Positions 24,860 to 32,000 of a stretch of DNA of 32,000 bases are shown one piece after another (within the stretch, counting starts at the first letter, position 1; every line of letters starts with the position of its first letter). Below the pieces are notes generated by a model. It saw only the letters and a program-made list of their open reading frames with translations. It made no database searches and had not been told where the DNA came from. The translations under genes and the position numbers were made by a program. Origin of the DNA: Patescibacteria group bacterium (lineage in GTDB: Bacteria > Patescibacteriota > UBA1384 > XYA2-FULL-43-10); assembly GCA_041674405.1 (NCBI GenBank), contig JBAYVT010000003.1, positions 90,001 through 122,000 of the forward strand, in the 5' to 3' direction.

Positions 24860-27211
24860 TTAGCGATCGATAATTTCCGAAAGCATAAGCCGCTTCTCAA
24901 CCGAAGCAATGATTCGCCGTGTAGGCACGATCATATCCGGTGAGACCGAGACAGAAGTTGTGCCAGCCTTCACCATCATTTCGGTGATTTCCGGATATAC
25001 ACTAGGAGCTTGGCCACAGATCGAGCAAGTGACATTTCGCGCACGGCAAGTTTTTATGACGTATTGGATCGAAGACACAACCGCTTCATTTCTTTCGTCA
25101 AATAACGCAGCCAGATCCTGATTGTCGCGGTCTGCTCCCAAGGTTAGCTGGGTCAGATCATTCGAACCAATGGATATGCCGTCAATCCCAAGATCGAGAA
25201 ATTTATCAAGCAAAATTACATTGGAAGGAATTTCACACATCATCCAAAGCTTAAAATCCGGTGATTGGATTAGGCCATTATCTTCCACGAGCTTTTTAAC
25301 TTTTTTCATTTCGTCAACGGTACGAACAAACGGAATCATGAGCCACAAATTTTTGAGATCATATTCATCCCGAACCCTCTTGATCGCATCTAGTTCCAAT
25401 TTGAAAAGATCAGGCTCTTTGATATAGCGGGAAGCGCCACGATAGCCAATCATCGGATTGTTCTCTGCCGGCTCATATTTTTCACCGCCCTTTAAACCTT
25501 TATATTCATTTGTTTTAAAATCTGTCGCGCGGTAAACTACCGGACGAGGAGCAAATGCCTGGGCAATGGTTCGCATACCTTCTACGAGCTTGTCTGTGTA
25601 TTCTTTCCCTCTTCCCGCCTCAAACATTGCTCTCGGGTGTTCACCAATTTCGGCTATCATGAATTCCGCGCGCAAAAGACCAACTCCATCAACCGGTTCT
25701 GCCGCTATTTTTTCTGCAAGATGCGGCTCGGCTAAATTGACATAAACTTTTGTGCCGGTAACCGGAACTTCCTCAGAAACAAGTTTGCCAGCAGGAGTCC
25801 CTGGAGCCGTTGCGACATCTTCAGGGGCCGACTGGCTTTTGATTTTGCCTTTATAGACCAAGCCCTTGCCGCCATCGACAGTGATCATTTGCCCAGTTTT
25901 AAGAACATGAGTAGCGGTGCCGGTGCCAACAACGCAAGGAATGCCCAATTCACGCGAGACAATAGCTGCATGGCAAGTTCGTCCTCCGGTATCGGTAACG
26001 ATAGCTTTGGCACGGCGCATCGCCGGCACAAAATCAGGAGTTGTTTGCTCAGTGACAAGCACATCGCCAGAAACGACCTTGTCTATTTCGTCAGGTTTAT
26101 GAATAAGTTTGACCGGTCCAAATGCTGTGCCTAGAGACGCTGCAGCACCCTTTAAGAGTACTTCCGCTTTCCCGGCATCAATATCCCCTTGTTCTTGTGT
26201 CCCCGGCTGCTCTAATTTCTCATCTCGATTTTCGATTTTCCGCTTACCCAAAGTCGTGATCGGCCTTGACTGCACCATATAAATCTTTCCCCTTTCAATA
26301 GCAAATTCCGTATCCTGCGGTTTACCATAATGTTTTTCGATAAGCAAGCCGATTTTCGCCAGCGCAATAATTTGATCATCGGTAAGTTTTTGTTTTTTGC
26401 GCAACTCTGCTGGAACATTTACATGCTTTTCGCCCTCTCTTCCGGATTTGACAATTTTCCAGGGTTGTTCATTAATTTCTTTTTCAAGAATTTCAAAAGG
26501 ATCTTTCGATATCACGTATCTGTCTGGAGTGACAGAACCGGAGACTAAGGCCTCGCCGTAGCCGTAACCGGCTTCGATAGAAAGTTTGTTCAGATCTTCA
26601 GAAACAGGGTCGACGGTAAACATTATTCCCGAAAACTCAGAATCAACCATAACTTGCACAGGAACCGCTAAGCCAACCTTCATATGATCAAATTTATTGA
26701 TAATGCGATAATAAATCGCCCTTGCCTCGAAGAGCGAGGCAAAGCACTTTTGAACCGCTTCTACCACTTCGTTACCTCCGGTGATATTCAAAAAAGTGGC
26801 TTGCTGACCGGCAAATGAAGCATCAGGCAAATCTTCCGCAGTTGCGGACGACCTTACTGCAACAGAAAATCCACCCAGCTCCCTGTAGTGTTCTTTGATT
26901 TCCTTGATAAGATCGGCCGGCATTTTTGCGGCGATAATTGCCGATTTAATTTTTTTTGCAACATTATTAAGCTCGCGGCTTTTTTCTGGATCGAGACCTT
27001 TCAGAGAACTGATGATTTTTGAGCGAAGGTTTGTTTTCTCGAGAAAATAAAAATAGGCGTTAGCGGTGACGATAAATCCATTTGGTACTGGAATTTTAGC
27101 GTTATATAGCTCACCAAGGTTTGCGCCCTTGCCACCAACCCGTGGAATATCTTCCTTGTGCGCTTCAGAGAACCACAATATAAGCTTTGGGTTTTTCTTT
27201 TTCTTAAGCAT
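24860..27211 (-). CDS. ppsA: Phosphoenolpyruvate synthase (pyruvate, water dikinase)
   Basis: Start MLKKKKNPKLILWFSEAHKEDIPRVGGKGANLGELYN after AGGAGGGGC; GGRTCHAAIVSRELGIPCVVG swivel-His domain; C-terminal NVTCSICGQAPSVYPEITEMMVKAGTTSVSVSPD. Confidence 0.96.
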   Translation of the reverse strand: MLKKKKNPKLILWFSEAHKEDIPRVGGKGANLGELYNAKIPVPNGFIVTANAYFYFLEKTNLRSKIISSLKGLDPEKSRELNNVAKKIKSAIIAAKMPADLIKEIKEHYRELGGFSVAVRSSATAEDLPDASFAGQQATFLNITGGNEVVEAVQKCFASLFEARAIYYRIINKFDHMKVGLAVPVQVMVDSEFSGIMFTVDPVSEDLNKLSIEAGYGYGEALVSGSVTPDRYVISKDPFEILEKEINEQPWKIVKSGREGEKHVNVPAELRKKQKLTDDQIIALAKIGLLIEKHYGKPQDTEFAIERGKIYMVQSRPITTLGKRKIENRDEKLEQPGTQEQGDIDAGKAEVLLKGAAASLGTAFGPVKLIHKPDEIDKVVSGDVLVTEQTTPDFVPAMRRAKAIVTDTGGRTCHAAIVSRELGIPCVVGTGTATHVLKTGQMITVDGGKGLVYKGKIKSQSAPEDVATAPGTPAGKLVSEEVPVTGTKVYVNLAEPHLAEKIAAEPVDGVGLLRAEFMIAEIGEHPRAMFEAGRGKEYTDKLVEGMRTIAQAFAPRPVVYRATDFKTNEYKGLKGGEKYEPAENNPMIGYRGASRYIKEPDLFKLELDAIKRVRDEYDLKNLWLMIPFVRTVDEMKKVKKLVEDNGLIQSPDFKLWMMCEIPSNVILLDKFLDLGIDGISIGSNDLTQLTLGADRDNQDLAALFDERNEAVVSSIQYVIKTCRARNVTCSICGQAPSVYPEITEMMVKAGTTSVSVSPDMIVPTRRIIASVEKRLMLSEIIDR

Positions 27212-27362
27212 GCCCCTCCTACCCGCTCCGCGGGGAAATCTAATCACTAAATCCTAAACTCTAAATATGTTTTGAAATTGATTTTTGTATTTCGAATTTG
27301 TTAAAAATTTAGGATTTAGGTTTTTGAATTTAACAATGTAATTGTACCACAAATATCAAGGG

Positions 27363-27824
27363 TCAATCACTACTTACAAGCTCATTAAAAACCTTCTTTG
27401 CAAGATCGAAGTCATAACCTTTTCTGTATAGGCTTCCCAAAATTTTTTGATAGAGCCTTCCACGATCAGTATCTTTGTTCCTGTCAAGAATCTTCTGACC
27501 GATTTCGAGCGCATTTTTATATTCGAGATCTGAATCAATATTTGATAATACATCTTCTATTAACCCGCTTGATATATGTGCCTTTATCAGGCGAACTTTA
27601 ATTTTTTGCTTCCCCTCGCCAGATAATGATTTGGAACGAACCATATTTTTTGCAAATTTCTCATCATCAAGAAATTTTTTCTGGATCAAAAATTGGATTG
27701 TTTCTTCTATTTCATTCTCGGGAAATTCTTTCAATTTGAGTTTGTTTCGAACTTCAAAAATGCTTCTGTCTCGAAGCTCGAGTAAATATAGCGCATAATT
27801 AAGCGGGCTATCTATTTTTTTCAT
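27363..27824 (-). CDS. recX: Regulatory protein RecX
   Basis: LNYALYLLELRDRSIFEVRNKLKLKEFPENEIEETIQFLIQKKFLDDEKFAKNMV; directly downstream of recA. Confidence 0.87.
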   Translation of the reverse strand: MKKIDSPLNYALYLLELRDRSIFEVRNKLKLKEFPENEIEETIQFLIQKKFLDDEKFAKNMVRSKSLSGEGKQKIKVRLIKAHISSGLIEDVLSNIDSDLEYKNALEIGQKILDRNKDTDRGRLYQKILGSLYRKGYDFDLAKKVFNELVSSD

Positions 27825-27914
27825 TACTTAATCAGGTAGATTTTTCACTCGACCCAAAGGGTCCCCTTTCCTGAAGGAAAGCCCTAGGCTTGGGGTTCAG
27901 AATGACAATCTTTG

Positions 27915-28961
27915 CTACAGCGCCTCATTTCGCGCCTTGTCTTCGGCAACGGACTTATCTTTTATTTCTTCAGCAATCTTCGGGTTTTGCTTCAAAAATT
28001 CTCTGGCACCTTCCTTGCCTTGGCCAAGTTTCTCGTCGCCATATGAAAGCCAGGCACCGGCCTTATCTACAATTCCAAATTTGATTCCAAGATCAACAAG
28101 TTCTCCTTCATAATCGATGCCCTGATTGAACATAATGTCGAATTCCGCAGTTTTGAATGGGGGAGCAACTTTGTTTTTGACAACTTTAACAGCCACATGA
28201 TTCCCAACCTGATCCTCGCCTCGTTTCAAAACTGCTTTGCGGCGAATATCTAAACGGACAGATGAATAAAACTTTAACGCATTTCCGCCAGTCGTCGTTT
28301 CAGGATTCCCAAACATCACACCGATTTTCATACGAATCTGGTTGATAAAGATTAATACTGTTTTTGATTTGGCAACAGCGCCAGTCAATTTGCGAAGTGC
28401 TTGTGACATCAGCCTAGCCTGAACGCCCATCATCGAATCACCCATCTCGCCTTCTATTTCCGCTCGCGGAACCAGGGCAGCAACAGAATCAACAACGATG
28501 ACATCTAGAGCATTGGAACGGATAAGCGTCTCTGTTATCTCTAGCGCTTGTTCGCCGTTATCCGGCTGGGAAATAAGCAGATTTTCAAGGTCAACGCCAA
28601 TTTTCTTGGCATATTCCGGGTCAAGCGCATGCTCGGCATCGATGAATGCCGCATTTCCACCGCGTTTTTGGGCCTGTGCCACAATTGACAAAGAAAGAGT
28701 CGTTTTACCGGACGATTCCGGACCATAGATTTCGATCACTCGGCCGCGTGGCACACCGCCAACACCGAGCGCAAGATCAAGTGCAAGTGAACCAGTCGGA
28801 ATTGTTTCCACGTTTAGGCGAGCGCCATCGCGCATTGTCATTATTGCGCCCTTGCCAAATTGTTTTTCTATCGAAGACAACGCTGCCTCCAGCGCCATCG
28901 ATTTGCCACTGCTTACGGATTTTTTATTTTCAATTTCCTCTTCGCCTTTTTTTCTCGCCAT
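27915..28961 (-). CDS. recA: Recombinase RecA
   Basis: [43 protein letters not shown]...[35 protein letters not shown]. Confidence 0.99.
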   Translation of the reverse strand: MARKKGEEEIENKKSVSSGKSMALEAALSSIEKQFGKGAIMTMRDGARLNVETIPTGSLALDLALGVGGVPRGRVIEIYGPESSGKTTLSLSIVAQAQKRGGNAAFIDAEHALDPEYAKKIGVDLENLLISQPDNGEQALEITETLIRSNALDVIVVDSVAALVPRAEIEGEMGDSMMGVQARLMSQALRKLTGAVAKSKTVLIFINQIRMKIGVMFGNPETTTGGNALKFYSSVRLDIRRKAVLKRGEDQVGNHVAVKVVKNKVAPPFKTAEFDIMFNQGIDYEGELVDLGIKFGIVDKAGAWLSYGDEKLGQGKEGAREFLKQNPKIAEEIKDKSVAEDKARNEAL

Positions 28962-29092
28962 AATATCTCCCTGCTTAATTCAAATATTTTGTCTCAAATC
29001 TTAAATAATAATTGCTAATTTCTAATAAAAAACAAACTTCCCAGATTTTGCGCTTAGCATTTTGAAGTTTGAATTTTAGCTTTATTTTTGTT

Positions 29093-29803
29093 TCAGTTTG
29101 ATACCCGTATTGGGATGGCTTCTGCTGTCACCGGTTTGTATTCGACGGTATAAGTCAGCGCTTTCTCTTTGTTGGTTTTTCCCTGGGATTTTACCTCGAT
29201 AACGTTTACGCCTTTTTGTAATTTGTATTCAGTTGCAAACTGGCCATCTGAAGAAACCTGAATCTGGTCTTTGTTAACATAAACTTTTGCGCTTGTATCG
29301 GTAACACCGGTAATTTCTATCACATCTTTATCAAACACGGCATTATCGTTCGGCGATATTACCTGAAGTTCCGGTGCGCCTGCAAATCCATAAACCTGAT
29401 AAACAATGTATCCAAATACTGCAATTATGAATGTACTGATCAAAACAGGAACAAAAAGGCGTGGCGTTAAGAGAAATTTCATTTCCTTTATATTTCTTTG
29501 CGGCAGGATATTTCCCTCTTCTTTCGAAAATCTGATATTTTTTTCTTTTTGGTACTTTTCAAGTATTTTTTTCTCGTCTAATCCTAAATATTTTGCATAA
29601 CGCAAAACAAAACCTTTGGTGTAAGCATCGGCCGGCAAATTCTTCCAATCATCTTCCTCGAGAGCTTCCAAAAACTTGCCGCGAATTTTGGTTTCCATTT
29701 CAGCATCAAGCAGAGAAATCTTTTTGCGCGCTCTTGCGCGCTTGAGTTTCTGCCCAAGTGTTGGGTCTGTTTTAATTTTTCGAAGTGAAAATCCGGCAGT
29801 CAT
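29093..29803 (-). CDS. RodZ-like HTH membrane protein with extracytoplasmic domain
   Basis: LGQKLKRARARKKISLLDAEMETKIRGKFLEALEEDDWKNLPADAYTKGFVLRYAKYLGLD then TM helix RLFVPVLISTFIIAVFGYIVYQ. Confidence 0.83.
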   Translation of the reverse strand: MTAGFSLRKIKTDPTLGQKLKRARARKKISLLDAEMETKIRGKFLEALEEDDWKNLPADAYTKGFVLRYAKYLGLDEKKILEKYQKEKNIRFSKEEGNILPQRNIKEMKFLLTPRLFVPVLISTFIIAVFGYIVYQVYGFAGAPELQVISPNDNAVFDKDVIEITGVTDTSAKVYVNKDQIQVSSDGQFATEYKLQKGVNVIEVKSQGKTNKEKALTYTVEYKPVTAEAIPIRVSN

Positions 29804-29980
29804 TTCTTAAGTCCGTAGTTAGTAGCCCTTAGTGAAAATTCAAAAAGCAAAATTATTGATTTTGTTTGTTTCTGACACTTTGTTTTGGTGTTTTATATTT
29901 CGGGAAAAGTTGTAATTCTAATCGTGGATTTATCGGTGCCAAATCAGTGGAATAAATTATTGGTCGTTCTCATCAAATTA

Positions 29981-32000
29981 TTAATGGTAAAAGTTGTTAT
30001 ATTCATCCTTGTCATCCGGAACATCGTCGCCTGACGGAATGAAACCTTCCGAGCCCGTATCAGAAACCAGAACGTCTCTGGGTTTGGCACCATCGGCCGG
30101 CCCGATTGCCCCGTTTTCTTCCAGAATATCTAGAAGCCGTGCAGCCCTAGCATACCCTATTCGAAGCCGTCTTTGCAAAAGTGAAGCCGAAGCCTTGCCT
30201 GCTTGCATCACAACTTTAAGCGCATCATCATACAAATCGTCCTCGGCTGAACCATCACCAAATGCGCCGCTTGACCCTTTGGACGATTTAAATTGCAATA
30301 TTGTGTCATCATAATCAGGCGGGCTCAATTCTTTCAAAAAATCAACCAAGTCATTGATTTCTTTATCAGACACGAAACAACCTTGAATACGGCGTGGCTT
30401 TGTGAGTCCATTGCCGACAAACAGCATGTCGCCGTTGCCAAGTAGTTTTTCCGCGCCGGACATATCAAGAATCGTGCGCGAATCAACTTGTGAAGCAGTA
30501 GCAAAGGCAATTCGGCAAGTAATATTTGCCTTGATCAAACCTGTTAGAACATCAACGGATGGGCGCTGCGTTGCAACAATCAAGTGCATCCCGGTTGCTC
30601 GCGCCATTTGTGCCAGGCGGACGATCGAACCCTCAACCTCGTTGGCTGAAGTCGCCATAAGATCCGCTAACTCGTCGATAACAATGACAATATAAGGTAA
30701 CTTTCCTTCTGGGCCGGGGCTCTCATTATAAGCAGTGATATTCCTCTTCCCTAATTCTGAAAACATTTTGTAACGGCGTTCCATTTCCCAAATTGCCCAC
30801 TTTAAGGCAGACACCGTTTTGCCGACCTCGGTCACAACTGGCGTCAAAAGATGTGGAATATCATTGTAGTTTGTAAGTTCAACTCTCTTTGGGTCAACCA
30901 TTAGCAGTTTCAGGTCGTTTGGCGAATTATGGAAAAGAAACGTCGTAATGATTGTATTGATACAGACCGATTTGCCCGAACCGGTAGCACCAGCGATTAA
31001 GACATGGGGCATTTTTTCAAGGTCAACAGCATATGAGGTACCGGCCACATCTCGCCCAAGGGCAATGGTTAGCTTTGACTTAACTGCCTTGAATTCTTGC
31101 GAGACCATCACCTCTTTCAATGTAACTTTTGCCGGCACTTTGTTCGGATTCTCGATGCCGACAGAGGATTTGCCGGGAATCGGTGCTTCCATACGAAGGC
31201 TCTTGGATGCTAGGGCGAGCGCCAAGTCGTTGGCGCGAGCAGTAATCTGATTTAACTTCACGCCCTCAACCGGCTTAAAAGTGTACTGCGTGACCGTTGG
31301 GCCAATATTGACTTCCCCCATTACTATGTCAATTCCAAAGTTTTTGAGTGTTTTTTGAATAACTTCAACATTTTTCTGAATATTGCCCGGATTGGCAACG
31401 TCGTCAGAGTCCTTTAAAATTTCAACCGGCGGATACTGCCAGCTCATATCTCTGGCAACAATTCTTGGTTCTGCCTCAATCACCGGTGCCTTCGCCACCC
31501 CCTCTCGCGGTTTCTTCATCGATGCTAGCTTGTTTCTTAGTGTCTTAAAAACCGAAACCCGGTTTCCACGATTTACCTTAACATCATCGTCGTCTTCCTT
31601 GTTTCCTTTCGCACTCTCCCAGCCAAATAACTGAGTGAATGAAATATTAAAAATCATCATCAGCGCAATAACGTCTAGTGCAAATGTGATAAGAAAAGAT
31701 GCAAACAAACCGACGCCCTTTCGAAGCGGATCAGAGATCATATAACCCAAAATCCCTCCGCCAGAACCCGCAAATGCGGCCTCTCGAGTGTCTAAAAGCG
31801 GGATAAAAAGATGAAGTGTTGCAGATAAAAATATGATCAACAGGATAAACCCGATGAACCTAGAAACCCTTTGCTTGTCGCGATTCGGAAATAAAAGGAG
31901 CACGCCGAACCAAAAAATAATTATTGGGAAAACATAGCCAGGAAAACTTCCAAAGATTTTGCGTATTATATGCGCTACCGAACTGCCAAAATTTCCCGCC
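29981..32000 (-). CDS. ftsK: DNA translocase FtsK/SpoIIIE (partial, N-terminus beyond right edge)
   Basis: Walker A PHVLIAGATGSGKSVCINTIITTFLFHNSP, gamma domain at C-terminus. Upstream of the listed start the frame stays open to the edge: AGNFGSSVAHIIRKIFGSFPGYVFPIIIFWFGVLLLFPNRDKQ, matching an FtsK N-terminal TM region. Confidence 0.95.
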   Translation of the reverse strand, partial: AGNFGSSVAHIIRKIFGSFPGYVFPIIIFWFGVLLLFPNRDKQRVSRFIGFILLIIFLSATLHLFIPLLDTREAAFAGSGGGILGYMISDPLRKGVGLFASFLITFALDVIALMMIFNISFTQLFGWESAKGNKEDDDDVKVNRGNRVSVFKTLRNKLASMKKPREGVAKAPVIEAEPRIVARDMSWQYPPVEILKDSDDVANPGNIQKNVEVIQKTLKNFGIDIVMGEVNIGPTVTQYTFKPVEGVKLNQITARANDLALALASKSLRMEAPIPGKSSVGIENPNKVPAKVTLKEVMVSQEFKAVKSKLTIALGRDVAGTSYAVDLEKMPHVLIAGATGSGKSVCINTIITTFLFHNSPNDLKLLMVDPKRVELTNYNDIPHLLTPVVTEVGKTVSALKWAIWEMERRYKMFSELGKRNITAYNESPGPEGKLPYIVIVIDELADLMATSANEVEGSIVRLAQMARATGMHLIVATQRPSVDVLTGLIKANITCRIAFATASQVDSRTILDMSGAEKLLGNGDMLFVGNGLTKPRRIQGCFVSDKEINDLVDFLKELSPPDYDDTILQFKSSKGSSGAFGDGSAEDDLYDDALKVVMQAGKASASLLQRRLRIGYARAARLLDILEENGAIGPADGAKPRDVLVSDTGSEGFIPSGDDVPDDKDEYNNFYH

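Noticed and set aside
25122-26548. Several plus-strand ORFs inside ppsA
   Set aside because: Antisense to a well-supported conserved gene.
1-32000. CRISPR array, transposase, integrase, prophage or rRNA genes
   Set aside because: Looked for regularly spaced direct repeats, transposase/integrase signatures and rRNA-like stretches; none seen.

Overview
The window holds about 30 protein-coding genes of a small, moderately AT-rich bacterial genome. Its compact core genes, many small membrane or secreted proteins and PurC-PurE fusion suggest a Patescibacteria/CPR-like organism, but that is inference only. Left to right: a secreted or membrane protein operon (minus, 1-2474); a plus-strand accessory block (DUF1801-like, S51-like peptidase, DUF3795-like, DUF998-like); a membrane-anchored HExxH metalloprotease and tiny membrane proteins; a bactofilin-like beta-helix membrane protein; an FN3 surface protein with a frameshift; rubrerythrin; the rpoD-dnaG pair; a NUDIX hydrolase; a duplicated helical domain protein with paired CxxCxxxPCxC motifs; a fused PurC-PurE; an LPETG-type surface protein; peptide deformylase; a cupin; an EamA transporter; tRNA-Ser(GGA); PEP synthase; recX; recA; a RodZ-like protein; and ftsK, which runs off the right edge. 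The most unusual signal is a minus-strand array at about 24045-24807. It has three consensus-like promoters, each followed by a GC-rich segment ending in a strong hairpin. One promoter carries an operator-like palindrome in its spacer, and one unit encodes a 41-aa basic peptide. Related to this, several GC-rich genes (8286-8549, 17465-18574, 19215-20591, a possible 19-aa ORF at 20734-20793, and 24108-24233) stand out from the AT-rich background and have their own promoters and/or GC-rich hairpins.
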